The notes beneath the pieces are model-generated. The model saw only the letters and a list, made by a program, of their open reading frames with translations, was not told the origin of the DNA and did not search any database. Below are positions 47,670-56,571 of a DNA stretch of 62,082 bases, piece by piece. A program made the translations under genes and the position numbers. The DNA is from a virus (Duplodnaviria; Caudoviricetes). The stretch spans positions 1 to 62,082 of the IMG/VR virus record IMGVR_UViG_3300006893_000280; one strand, 5' to 3'. Each line of letters opens with the position of its first letter. Position 1 is the first letter of the stretch.

Positions 47670-47986
47670 CAGGCTGTCACCTCGATCAGCAGGGCATCGA
47701 CGGGGGTTTCCACGGTGAGGCGGGCGGAAAGCTCGCCGCTCGCCGCTCCGATGGTGATCGGCCAATCGGGTACTGGGTTGGCTCCGTTGGCGGGACCGAG
47801 TGAGACGTTCCAGCAGCCGGTGTCGGCGTCATCGTCGAGGCAGACCCGGAGTCGCCCTGCGGTGGAGACGATGTGGAACTGAGCGCCGTTGTAGGCGTCG
47901 TACGTCTCGGCGAGGGTGGCGGAATCGTCTGCGGTTTCGACGAATGCGATGTCGTCGTCTTGTCCGTGGAAGGTGAACCGGGGCAC
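47669..47986 (-). CDS. Hypothetical acidic protein
   Basis: ORF coupled to downstream gene; start uncertain. Confidence 0.5.
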   Translation of the reverse strand: MPRFTFHGQDDDIAFVETADDSATLAETYDAYNGAQFHIVSTAGRLRVCLDDDADTGCWNVSLGPANGANPVPDWPITIGAASGELSARLTVETPVDALLIEVTA

Positions 47987-48058
47987 GGTATAGACGCTAT
48001 GGGCCGACGGGGCGGGTTGCAGAGTTGGAGCCGCAGCCGCCCCGTGCATCTGTCTGCT

Positions 48059-48496
48059 CTACGGGCAGTGCCTGCCGGAGATAATGCCCTCGAATTCCCC
48101 CAGGCCACCGACCTGCGCCATACCCAACCGGCCGATAGCGATCGTGCCATTCGCAAGCCGGTTGTCGAACTTCGCCGTCCCGCCCGTCGTGCAGTTGATC
48201 TGCACGAAATAGCCGCCCTCGGCCAGCGTCGGCCCCAGGGTGCGGGACACCGTGTTGTACGTGTTGAGCAGGTCGGTCGGGTCTGCGCTTCCGGTAGCGA
48301 CGCGAATCGCTTTGCCCTTGAACTCGTACGTATACGGCGGCGGCTCAGGGAACGCCGTGGTGGTGGCGCGCGCCGGGGTCACCTTCGTCGATGTGGTGGC
48401 CGTCGCCTTGTCGTCGGCGGTCGAACATCCGACGAGGACCGCAGACGCGAATACGGCCACACTGGAGGCAAATGCGGCATTACGGACAAATCTCAT
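48059..48496 (-). CDS. Lipoprotein
   Basis: Signal MRFVRNAAFASSVAVFASAVLVGC, Thr-rich linker; flanked by hairpins. Confidence 0.7.
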   Translation of the reverse strand: MRFVRNAAFASSVAVFASAVLVGCSTADDKATATTSTKVTPARATTTAFPEPPPYTYEFKGKAIRVATGSADPTDLLNTYNTVSRTLGPTLAEGGYFVQINCTTGGTAKFDNRLANGTIAIGRLGMAQVGGLGEFEGIISGRHCP

Positions 48497-48568
48497 AGCC
48501 CCGCATACTGCCAGCCAACTCCGGCAGCGGCAGAACCCCGCCACGGCGGGGTTCGTCATACTGGGCCG

Positions 48569-48787
48569 CTACCCTTCCCAACCGACCTCACGACGGAACG
48601 CATCACGCCGACGATCCTGCAACTCCTGGAGCTTCAGCAAACCCTGCCGATGCTCCTCGAGCCGGATCGACGAGCCGCCCATCGACAGCTTCTCGGTGAG
48701 GGCCCGAATCTGGTGATCGAGAGCTACCCGCTCGGCGTGCGCGCCTTCGTCAACAACCGGCGGCCGGTCGATCATCGGGTTGGTCAC
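48569..48787 (-). CDS. Small hypothetical protein
   Basis: Coupled ORF (GTGA overlap). Confidence 0.45.
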   Translation of the reverse strand: MTNPMIDRPPVVDEGAHAERVALDHQIRALTEKLSMGGSSIRLEEHRQGLLKLQELQDRRRDAFRREVGWEG

Positions 48788-49152
48788 TTCGTGGCGCCTT
48801 CGGTGTGGAGAGTTGCGGCGGTGAGCTTTTCGGCGGCGACGTGGGCGATGGTCGAGCACTGCCGGGCCTGCGCGTCGGGGTGCGCGGTCGGGTGGTCGAG
48901 GGTCGACCGGATCCGCTGAAACGACTCGACAGCGTCGGTAGCGGCGACCTGCAGCTGGTTCGCGCGGCGGTCGGTCACGTGGTGCGTGTGGTTGAGGTCG
49001 CGGTACCGGCGGTGCACGTTCGCGATGTGGTTGAGCAGGTCGGCCACCTCGTGCGTGGAGAGGGTGAGGGACGGGTGTTTCTCGCCGGTGAGGATCGCGT
49101 TCCCGGCAACCTCTGCGCAGCGGGCGTGCAGAACATCGAGGATGTCGGACAT
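48784..49152 (-). CDS. Hypothetical protein
   Basis: ORF in early operon. Confidence 0.5.
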   Translation of the reverse strand: MSDILDVLHARCAEVAGNAILTGEKHPSLTLSTHEVADLLNHIANVHRRYRDLNHTHHVTDRRANQLQVAATDAVESFQRIRSTLDHPTAHPDAQARQCSTIAHVAAEKLTAATLHTEGATK

Positions 49153-49608
49153 TCAGATCACTTCCCAGATGGCGGAGGAGCGGGCACCGGACTTCTTCGG
49201 CGGCTCGGCCATTCGGATGCGGCCACGGCGGCAGGCTGCCCGGATCGTGAGGGACACCGTGCTGGTGATGGCGTCGGGCATGTCTACGTTGCGTGTGGAG
49301 AATTGGAAGCCGGTGCCGTTCGCGATCAGAGCGTCTATCCGCTGCTCGACCGCGATTCGTTCCGGGGTGCGGTACAGGAATCCGGTGCGGCGGAGGGCGT
49401 GCTCCAGGCCGGCGGCGGTGTAGCCGAGGCGTTTGGCGATGGCCTCGAACGGGAGGCCGTCGTCCGCCAACCAGCAGAAGTCGCTGACGAGGTTGGCGTT
49501 GGAGACCTCGGCCTCGATCGTGGTGGCCTTCGTACCGAGCGGGCGGCGGCGTGCAGTGAGCTCGCCGAGGGAGATGTCTTCTTCCACCTCGAACATGGTG
49601 GCAGGCAT
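49153..49608 (-). CDS. Hypothetical HTH-containing protein
   Basis: FEAIAKRLGYTAAGLEHALRR; RBS GAAAGGA. Confidence 0.55.
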   Translation of the reverse strand: MPATMFEVEEDISLGELTARRRPLGTKATTIEAEVSNANLVSDFCWLADDGLPFEAIAKRLGYTAAGLEHALRRTGFLYRTPERIAVEQRIDALIANGTGFQFSTRNVDMPDAITSTVSLTIRAACRRGRIRMAEPPKKSGARSSAIWEVI

Positions 49609-49722
49609 GTGGTTCGGTCCTTTCGGGGCGCTGGCGGGCGCGGCGGTCGGATAAGGTGGGATGATCTGAGACACTGGGCGGGACGACACCCCTTCGCCGT
49701 CCCGCCCAGGCCATTCACGCGG

Positions 49723-50178
49723 TTAGAACGGTGCTTCCTCGTCGCGGGCGTTCGAGCCCCACGGGTCTTCTCCACCACGCTGCTGCGGGCGGCTGGCGCC
49801 GCTACCGTTGCCGCGTGTGGTCTTGTTGACCTTTGCCGTCGCCGACTTCAGCGACGGGCCGACCTCATCCACTTCAAGCTCGACGACTGTACGCTTTTCG
49901 CCCTCACGGGTCTCGAAGCTGCGCTGTTTCAGACGGCCCTGCACGATAATGCGCACGCCTCGGGTCAGCGACTCGGCGACGTTCTCCGCCGCCTCGCGCC
50001 AGATGTTGCATCGCAGGAACAGGGTCTCGTCGTCCTCCCATTCGTTCGTGTTCTTGTTGAACTTGCGCGGGGTCGAGGCGACGGTGAAGTTGGCGACGGC
50101 CGCGCCTGCCGGGGTGAATCTCAGCTCGGGGTCGGCGGTCAGGTTGCCTATGACGGTGATCATGGTGTCGTTGGACAT
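49723..50178 (-). CDS. ssb: Single-stranded DNA-binding protein
   Basis: [32 protein letters not shown]...VDEVGPSL...EAPF. Confidence 0.97.
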   Translation of the reverse strand: MSNDTMITVIGNLTADPELRFTPAGAAVANFTVASTPRKFNKNTNEWEDDETLFLRCNIWREAAENVAESLTRGVRIIVQGRLKQRSFETREGEKRTVVELEVDEVGPSLKSATAKVNKTTRGNGSGASRPQQRGGEDPWGSNARDEEAPF

Positions 50179-50209
50179 GGGTGGTTCCTCTCGGGTTGGT
50201 GGAGAAGGA

Positions 50210-50689
50210 TTACAGATCGAGGGCGGCCGAGATGTCCGGCGGCGTCCAGCCTTCGGGCTTGAGCACCTTGCCGTCCTCTCGCTTGCGGCATGTGCCGTCG
50301 GGCAGGATCTTCGCCAGGTTTGAGCGGGTGACTTCCGCTGCGGCGGCACGAGTTCCGGCAAGACCGGCGGTCTCCAAGCATCCGCCGTAGGCAACGACGG
50401 TGATGTCCAGGAGCGCGTCAACGATCTCGGCGATGTCCCAGTCCGCCGATTTACGTACCGTGTCCAGCTCATCGGTCAACCAGTCGACACCGCCGGGAGT
50501 CCTGAGACCCAAAGCGATGTCGTACATGTCGATGCCCAGACCGTTGATGAGCTCGTACAACTCCTCGAGCAGCATGAGCAGACGGGCAGCGATGATGTTG
50601 GACGGCGGCAGTCGGGGTTTGTCCGGGATGGGCTGGCGCGCTGCGGCCATGAACGTCTCGACGCCGCCCAGCAGATTCGGGGTGGTCAC
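50210..50689 (-). CDS. MazG-like NTP pyrophosphohydrolase
   Basis: [40 protein letters not shown]. Confidence 0.82.
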   Translation of the reverse strand: MTTPNLLGGVETFMAAARQPIPDKPRLPPSNIIAARLLMLLEELYELINGLGIDMYDIALGLRTPGGVDWLTDELDTVRKSADWDIAEIVDALLDITVVAYGGCLETAGLAGTRAAAAEVTRSNLAKILPDGTCRKREDGKVLKPEGWTPPDISAALDL

Positions 50690-50692
50690 AGG

Positions 50693-50992
50693 TTATTTCC
50701 TTCCTCGGTAGATGGCATGGTCGGCGTGCTGGGCGTTCGAGCATGCGGGGCATCGGCAGCCCCAGTTCTGATACGTGTAGGGCGTTCCGTGCGTGAGCGG
50801 GTCGCCGCTGCTATCCACGGCGGCGAAGGGGCGGCCGTTGACGATCACCCGCTGGGCGCGGCGGCGGGCTCGCACCCGCGCGGTGTAGGCGCGCAACGCT
50901 TCTCGGCACTCGTCGCACCGGCAGCCTCCGACTGTGTAGCTGGCGACCTTGCCGTGGACGAGGTCCGAACGAACCTCGAACATGGCGGTCAC
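50693..50992 (-). CDS. Small Zn-binding protein
   Basis: Two HG...Y..GCRC..C units. Confidence 0.65.
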   Translation of the reverse strand: MTAMFEVRSDLVHGKVASYTVGGCRCDECREALRAYTARVRARRRAQRVIVNGRPFAAVDSSGDPLTHGTPYTYQNWGCRCPACSNAQHADHAIYRGRK

Positions 50993-51240
50993 CGATTGAC
51001 CCCCGGCACGGGCAGGAAATCGCGGCTGGCGAGTCGCTCGATGGCCGTATCGGTCTGGCGCATCGGCTCGGTGACTGCACCGTCGTACTCCTGGCGGATG
51101 ACCGTGAGATACGCGCGGGCGGTGTCGTTCTCGGGCTCGATGCGATCGACGCGTAGCCAGCGGGTGTTGCTGTCGCGGCGGTCGCGGAACACGTCGCCGA
51201 CGGAGATGGTCAGGCCCTTGCGAGTGGTGTACTCGTTCAC
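50989..51240 (-). CDS. Small SH3-like hypothetical protein
   Basis: VGDVFRD...R.LRV.RI; coupled. Confidence 0.5.
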   Translation of the reverse strand: MNEYTTRKGLTISVGDVFRDRRDSNTRWLRVDRIEPENDTARAYLTVIRQEYDGAVTEPMRQTDTAIERLASRDFLPVPGVNR

Positions 51241-51524
51241 AGCAGGTCCCATTCGTAGTCGCGGGCGGTGTCGGTGAAGTGGTCGCTGGCATCCGCGCCG
51301 TAGATGGCTTCCAGGGCGGCGATCCGCTCGTCGGACGGCTCGGTGTCGATGCAGTCGGAGCATTCGCAAGCCGCGGGCTCGTTGTCCGGGTTCGTGCACC
51401 ATGCGCAGTCGCACTCGGGGCCGCTGGTGAGCTGGTCGGGGTGGCAGGTGGGGCAATCGCCGTAGTCGTCGCAGAAGTGGTGTGCGCCGATATCGGCTGT
51501 GGCGTCGACGAATTCGCCGATCAT
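51237..51524 (-). CDS. Cys/Asp-rich small protein
   Basis: CPTC, CDCAWC, CECSDC; strong RBS motif. Confidence 0.55.
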   Translation of the reverse strand: MIGEFVDATADIGAHHFCDDYGDCPTCHPDQLTSGPECDCAWCTNPDNEPAACECSDCIDTEPSDERIAALEAIYGADASDHFTDTARDYEWDLL

Positions 51525-51585
51525 GGTGGTTCCTTTCGGCGGCCGGGGCGGGGGCTGGCGGACCCATGCGCCCCGGCGCGGATGG

Positions 51586-52101
51586 TTACGCGGGGTTGTC
51601 GAGGTGGAACGAGAGGCGGCGCGCTGCGGCGTCGATGGCGGCATCGTTCTCGTCGAGGAACTTCGTGCGCTCGACCTGAAGTTCGATGATCTGATCCTGC
51701 GCGCGGCGAACCTTGGCCTCCCACAACGCATGTGGCGTGTGCAGCTTGGCCAACACGTCGGCAAAGAGGGCTTCGAGCTTGTCTCGGGCGGCCGGGGTTG
51801 CGCAGTCGTCCCACTTGCCATCCGACTTCCGCACCCACCAGGCCGCGTGGCTGCCGGGCCGGTTGGTGCAGCCCTTCGCGGCCTCGACCATCAGATCGAC
51901 GCTGGCGTTGTAATCGACTCGGTTGGTGCACAGTCTGGGGCCGCTGATCCTGAGGACCCATCCTGCGGCGCTGCTGTTGTGCTGCTTATCGCGCCATTGG
52001 TAGGTGGCCTCGAATCGTCCGGATACCGGACCTTCGGCGAGGTAGATGCGGTGGCTCTCGGAGGTGGTTTCGCCTGTGTCGGTGAATTTCTGGCTGGTCA
52101 T
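51586..52101 (-). CDS. Hypothetical protein
   Basis: RBS GAAAGGAACCACC-ATG; C-terminal coiled coil. Confidence 0.65.
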   Translation of the reverse strand: MTSQKFTDTGETTSESHRIYLAEGPVSGRFEATYQWRDKQHNSSAAGWVLRISGPRLCTNRVDYNASVDLMVEAAKGCTNRPGSHAAWWVRKSDGKWDDCATPAARDKLEALFADVLAKLHTPHALWEAKVRRAQDQIIELQVERTKFLDENDAAIDAAARRLSFHLDNPA

Positions 52102-52292
52102 GGTGGTTCCTTTCGTGCCCGGTGGCGGCCGGGCTGGGTGGTTGATCGTGGCGGCGGTTAGCGGGCGATGATGACCGTGTGTTCGCCGCTGTTGTTGCAG
52201 TGGCGGCAGCCGTTGCCGTTACAGAGCTGGCACAGCGCCCAATGCGTGTCGGCGATTGCTGGTTCCTTCGGGTGTTGTGACCGTGGCGGCGG

Positions 52293-52445
52293 TCAGGCTG
52301 CGTCGTCGGCCATGTCGAGCAGGTCGCGCTCGTACTCGTGGCCTTCGTCGTCGATGTTGAACAGGAGCCCGAGCGGCTGCTGTGGCCGTTTGGTGGTGCG
52401 GAGCGCCGCCCGCAGATGGCGGCGCTTCCTATCGAGGTCGGTCAC
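52293..52445 (-). CDS. Small hypothetical protein (50 aa)
   Basis: GTGA-coupled ORF VTDLDRKRRHLRAALR...DAA. Confidence 0.4.
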   Translation of the reverse strand: MTDLDRKRRHLRAALRTTKRPQQPLGLLFNIDDEGHEYERDLLDMADDAA

Positions 52446-52783
52446 AGGCCGGCGGGCTGACGCGGGGCAGCGTCAAACCTGGCGTTGAGGTCCCACGCCA
52501 GGTCCTCATCCTGATACGCCTCGAGGGCGGCGCATGCTTCGGCGAGCTTGCGGCTCAGGTACTTTCCGTCCTCGTCAGTGCGGTTTTCGGCGATGATGCG
52601 CTGCCCCTCGGCGACGCTGTGGAACTCACCCACATGGATGGTCGCAGCGATCGGCCAGCCGCCCTCGACGAATCCGGCGACCTTCTCGCTCGGGACGATG
52701 AGGATGTCGCCGTCGGCGATGTATGGGCCGTACTGGGCGTGGTCGTATGCCTCACCGGTGGAGGCGAATACGTGAATGCTCAT
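52442..52783 (-). CDS. Hypothetical protein
   Basis: F.ST.EAYD..Q....I.DGD.L...E...G...WP.A.T...GEFH; RBS AGGAG. Confidence 0.65.
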   Translation of the reverse strand: MSIHVFASTGEAYDHAQYGPYIADGDILIVPSEKVAGFVEGGWPIAATIHVGEFHSVAEGQRIIAENRTDEDGKYLSRKLAEACAALEAYQDEDLAWDLNARFDAAPRQPAGL

Positions 52784-52930
52784 GGGTTTGCTCCTGGTGG
52801 GTGGTTGAACCTCCCCGGTCGATGGCGGTCGACCGGGGAGGTGACTGGTTCCTTTCGGATCCCGGTGGCGGCCGGGATATGTTGCAGTGCACGGGCTTTC
52901 GATTCATGTCCGTGCGGTGCAACCGGGATG

Positions 52931-52960
52931 ACACTAGCCTGCACGTTGTGCGGCCGTCAA
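52931..52960 (-). promoter_or_regulatory. SigA-type promoter
   Basis: TTGACG-N18-TAGTGT on - strand, upstream of structured leader. Confidence 0.65.
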
Positions 52961-53079
52961 GTCATACTACGCGATACTGCGCACTACCTGCGGTGATGTC
53001 GAAATTTGTCACAACATACCCCCTAACTAGGTGCAATGTGTGACAGAAGGAAATCTCGCGCAATGCTTGCAACCATATC

Positions 53080-53170
53080 ACTACGCGTCACTGCGCACAC
53101 GTGCTCTTGCGTACACGCGTACTCGCGCACACGCGTGTGACCGCACACGCGTACCCGCGCACACACGCGT
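53080..53170. repeat. About 16-bp periodic CACACGCGT repeats (iteron-like)
   Basis: ACGCGT at 53083, 53115, 53131, 53147, 53165 and ACGTGC at 53099. Confidence 0.75.
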
Positions 53171-53219
53171 GGTGCCACACGGCCTCGCGCCCGACCTCGA
53201 ACGCGGCACACCGTGCCAC

Positions 53220-53720
53220 TCACTTCGCGCCACGCCCGCCGTGCTGGTCGGTAGAACTCATCCGGAGCTGGCGGAGAATGCCGTCCAGATCGCCCGAGAA
53301 CGCGCGAACAGGGTTTGGGCCGGACATCGCCCCATCCGACCCGTCGACAACCCGCCTGCGGCGTGACAGTGGCTTCCGAGGCTCGTGTGTTCGGGTAGCC
53401 GACTCGAACAACGCCCGCGCAGCCGCTCGGGCCTTCTCCGACGCGGGCGGTGCCGCTGGTAGTTCCGGCCGGTATTCCGGCGCGTATCCCGGAGCCCTTG
53501 CTGCTGAACGGATTCGGGCGGTGACGTGTCCGGGCATGAGCCGCTCGGTCTGCTCGGCGTAGTGGGCGCGGATCGCCTCGGCGGCCTCGTCCGGGGTCCA
53601 GCGTGCCCGCCTGGCGGCGTCGAGCCACGAATCGACCATGAGGCCGTCGATGTTGCGGGAGTCGTAGCTCTGGGCGAGCTGGAGCAGGGCGACCACGGTG
53701 TCTCGGGGATCGCTGGACAC
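53220..53720 (-). CDS. Replicative helicase loader/inhibitor-like protein
   Basis: LL..A..YD.R......W......A..AIRAHY.....LMP; follows initiator. Confidence 0.6.
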   Translation of the reverse strand: MSSDPRDTVVALLQLAQSYDSRNIDGLMVDSWLDAARRARWTPDEAAEAIRAHYAEQTERLMPGHVTARIRSAARAPGYAPEYRPELPAAPPASEKARAAARALFESATRTHEPRKPLSRRRRVVDGSDGAMSGPNPVRAFSGDLDGILRQLRMSSTDQHGGRGAK

Positions 53721-53729
53721 GGGAGCCTC

Positions 53730-54620
53730 CTAGGCAGTGATTGCGCGGGACGAGCCGAGATTCGACAGCGTGCCTTGCAGATTGGCAGACGGTGGGACGG
53801 GAAGGCCTGCGGCGCGCAGGATCTCCGGGTTCGGATTCGACTTCAGCGCTTCGGCTTGGGCGAACTTCATCTCGGCGGGGGTGAGCTGGCGGCCGTTCGG
53901 CATGACCGGGCGTTCCGCGGCTGCCGGGCGGCGGGTCTCCGAGGCGCGGCGAATCCAGTTGCGCCAGGTGGCTGTCCAGTCGGCGCGCCGCTCGCCCTTG
54001 CTGAGCCAGTAGTCGGCGAACTTGCGGTGCTCGGCTTCCACGTCGACGGCGGGGCATTCGGCGCGCATGGCGTCGATGACGGCCCGGTCTGGCATCCAAC
54101 CGTGAGGGAGCGCGGTCGCGCGCTTTTTGCGCGACTCTCTAACTACTTCGTTAGAAGTAGTTGGTACGGGACGGGTCGGGTGTTCAACGGGCGCTGCTTC
54201 GTTTGTGCTTGGCACGATGCTCAGCCTCGGCGAAGCATCATGCTTCGTGTTCGGTTCGCTGTTCGGTTCGTTCAACTCTCCCCTTCTGGACTGCCCGGAC
54301 CGCCTCCCACCTGCGCGGCCTGCTTCGCGGAGCCGCTCGCGCCGCGCCTCGACATCAGCCTTGGACGGGTTGAATTTCGACCAGTTTTTGAACGAAAAGT
54401 CGCCGTTGTCGTGCTCGTGCCACAACCCGATTTCGACCAACTCCCGAGCGATTTTCGGTCGGATTCCGAGCATTTTCTGTGCGTTTTTCGATACGACGCC
54501 GTCGGTGAGCTGGTCCGCGCAGTAGCTTCCGGCGGTCGTCCAGACCCCAATTGCGGCGAAGCTCGCGCCGAGTCTTTCCGGGCTGGACCAGAACTTGTCG
54601 TCGACCTTGAACCAGGTCAT
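53730..54620 (-). CDS. Replication initiator protein
   Basis: MTWFKVDDKFWSSP..AIGVW..AGSY..QLTDG; C-terminal FADYW...DWTATWRNWIRRA. Confidence 0.78.
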   Translation of the reverse strand: MTWFKVDDKFWSSPERLGASFAAIGVWTTAGSYCADQLTDGVVSKNAQKMLGIRPKIARELVEIGLWHEHDNGDFSFKNWSKFNPSKADVEARRERLREAGRAGGRRSGQSRRGELNEPNSEPNTKHDASPRLSIVPSTNEAAPVEHPTRPVPTTSNEVVRESRKKRATALPHGWMPDRAVIDAMRAECPAVDVEAEHRKFADYWLSKGERRADWTATWRNWIRRASETRRPAAAERPVMPNGRQLTPAEMKFAQAEALKSNPNPEILRAAGLPVPPSANLQGTLSNLGSSRAITA

Positions 54621-54865
54621 GCCGCGTACTCGCTTTCGGTGGGGTGGTTCGGGCGAAGGAAGATCGAGTTGCGGGGACGGGCGGCGGTGAACAACGTCCA
54701 CTGAGTGCGCGCGGCGATCTCCCAATCGGTGAATCCGTCGGCGACCAGCTGGCGGACCAGTAGGCGACGGTCGTGCGGCGTGAGGACTTCGGCGGGCAGA
54801 TCGCCGGCCTCGACTCTCGTATAGGTGGTTGGTTGTTCTGCTTTATAACGGGCGGGAATGGTCAT
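54617..54865 (-). CDS. Small HTH protein
   Basis: VRQLVADGFTDWEIAART. Confidence 0.55.
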   Translation of the reverse strand: MTIPARYKAEQPTTYTRVEAGDLPAEVLTPHDRRLLVRQLVADGFTDWEIAARTQWTLFTAARPRNSIFLRPNHPTESEYAA

Positions 54866-54959
54866 TGTGGTGTGCCTGAAGTGTTTTCGGCGCGCTGCGG
54901 CGCGTGTGTGGCGGACCGTACGCCGCCCCGGTGACATGGCCGGGGCGGCGTACCGGCGG

Positions 54960-55184
54960 TTATGCCGCTGAGCTGTAGTGCTCGTGGCGGGTGACATCAC
55001 CGGCGCGAACCACCTGGGGCAGATGCCCGATATGGAACATGCCGTCGACCCGTGTGCATGGGTAGGCGTTCATTCGGCGGCCGGGGACCTGCCCGCACAT
55101 CTTCCGTGCGGCCTTGCGGCTCGGGTATGCCCGCTTCTCACAGGCCGGGCACCAGGTCCACGCGCGATAGTCATTGCCGCTCAT
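54960..55184 (-). CDS. Small Zn-finger protein
   Basis: CPACEKRAY.SRK.AR...AYPC....FHIGH. Confidence 0.6.
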   Translation of the reverse strand: MSGNDYRAWTWCPACEKRAYPSRKAARKMCGQVPGRRMNAYPCTRVDGMFHIGHLPQVVRAGDVTRHEHYSSAA

Positions 55185-55492
55185 GACGTGCACCTTTCGG
55201 CGGTGTGCCGATCGAACCGTTCTACCAGCCGGTCGATGGCTGCGCGGCCCAGGGCTGCCTCTGCCTCGACCTGCCGGTCCGGGGTGGTGTCGAGGTACAT
55301 GCCGGTGAACAGGTGGGCATCGACGACCACGACCGTGCCGCGCCCGAACAGTCGCGGACGGTTCTGGCGCCGCTTTCGCGCAGACTCGTTGTGGGCTTCG
55401 CGGCACCACTCGCACGGCTGCTCGGCGCGGCGGTAGTGCCGGTAGTATCCGGCATCGGTGCCGCAATTCAAGTGCACGAACGGCGTTTTCAT
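55181..55492 (-). CDS. Small Zn-binding protein
   Basis: CGT.AGY.RH.R..E.PC..CR.A. Confidence 0.6.
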   Translation of the reverse strand: MKTPFVHLNCGTDAGYYRHYRRAEQPCEWCREAHNESARKRRQNRPRLFGRGTVVVVDAHLFTGMYLDTTPDRQVEAEAALGRAAIDRLVERFDRHTAERCTS

Positions 55493-56571
55493 GCCGCTAC
55501 TCCGAGGGTGGCGACTCTCGCCTGAGCCTTGGCGCGGATCTCGTCGCACAGGGCTGCGGGCAGGTCCCCGGCGGACTTCCACACCGCCTGCAGGTCTTCG
55601 CGACTCACAGATTCGACCTCGATAGCGGCTCGCATGGCGGCGGCCCGCTGCTCGTCCTCTTCGGTGAGTGGGCGGGCCGTCTTGCGGCTCACGGCGGCCC
55701 GTGCCCGATCAGCCACTGACGGCGGGCCAGCTGCGGGAGTCTGCGGAGCGGAATCGGTCTCGACCGAGCCAGGGGTGAGCTGCACGTAGTCGCGGGCCTG
55801 CGCGGTGGTCGGGTCGCACTTCAACACGTCGAAAATCAGCCATTCGAGGGTGAATGACGGCGCAGGGACGGGCTTGTCGACGCCGGGGCGGACACCGGCG
55901 TGCACCGAGCGGACACCGATCACACGGGGCGCGGCGTCGCGGGACAGCCGCACCCATGCGGACGCGTCGAATGCTAGGTTCTTGTGTCCCTCGACCTTGT
56001 ACTCCTTGGTGTTCGGGATCGGCTTGCCCTGGTTGTCCAGTGCCGCGACCTCTTTGCCGCGTGCGGTCGCGACGACGACGCCGGGGAACGTCATGAGCAG
56101 CCGCATCATGCGGCCGTGCCGCTCGGCGGCGTCGTTCCACAGATTCATGGCCGGTTTGATCTCGGCGTCCGGGTCGTCTTTGAGGAGTTTCTGTGCGTAC
56201 TTGGAGCGGCGGGCACGGTCGGAGACCATGTCCTTCAACAGCTCCCACTCGGCGGTCATGGAGTCGATAAGCAGGGCTACGGGAAGCTCGCCGGCCTGGG
56301 CCGCCTCGGCGGCAATGGTGTGCACTTCGGTGAGCTGGTTGTAGATGTCGCGGAACGTGCCGTCGTGCTCGATCACCTCGTAGTCCGCGCCGGGGATGGC
56401 GGCGTACTCGTCGGCCGCGCCCTCGGCGAGGTCGAGCCAGAACGCTCGTCCGATGCGGGCGCTGGTGGTGAGTTCAGCCATTGCCCAGGACTTTCCGGTC
56501 TTCTCGCCGCCCTCCACGAGGATGAATGGCCAGGGTGTCCTGCCGGTGGGCTTGCGGGTTTTGAGGGGCAT
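55489..56571 (-). CDS. AAA ATPase, Sak4-like recombination protein
   Basis: EGGEKTGKS Walker A, LLIDSMT Walker B; next to YqaJ exonuclease. Confidence 0.8.
   Translation of the reverse strand: MPLKTRKPTGRTPWPFILVEGGEKTGKSWAMAELTTSARIGRAFWLDLAEGAADEYAAIPGADYEVIEHDGTFRDIYNQLTEVHTIAAEAAQAGELPVALLIDSMTAEWELLKDMVSDRARRSKYAQKLLKDDPDAEIKPAMNLWNDAAERHGRMMRLLMTFPGVVVATARGKEVAALDNQGKPIPNTKEYKVEGHKNLAFDASAWVRLSRDAAPRVIGVRSVHAGVRPGVDKPVPAPSFTLEWLIFDVLKCDPTTAQARDYVQLTPGSVETDSAPQTPAAGPPSVADRARAAVSRKTARPLTEEDEQRAAAMRAAIEVESVSREDLQAVWKSAGDLPAALCDEIRAKAQARVATLGVAA

Noticed and set aside
1400-50262. Long antisense or alternative-frame ORFs (e.g. 1400..2689, 12049..13500, 28741..29901, 48805..50262)
   Set aside because: Shadow ORFs of high-GC coding genes; Arg/Pro-rich or low complexity with no motifs
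54895-54953. Additional CCGCCA loop competing with a 14-bp hairpin (possible switch)
   Set aside because: Stem next to the loop pairs poorly, so it was not counted as a motif copy; the 14-bp hairpin (54918-54953) is real but has no U-tract
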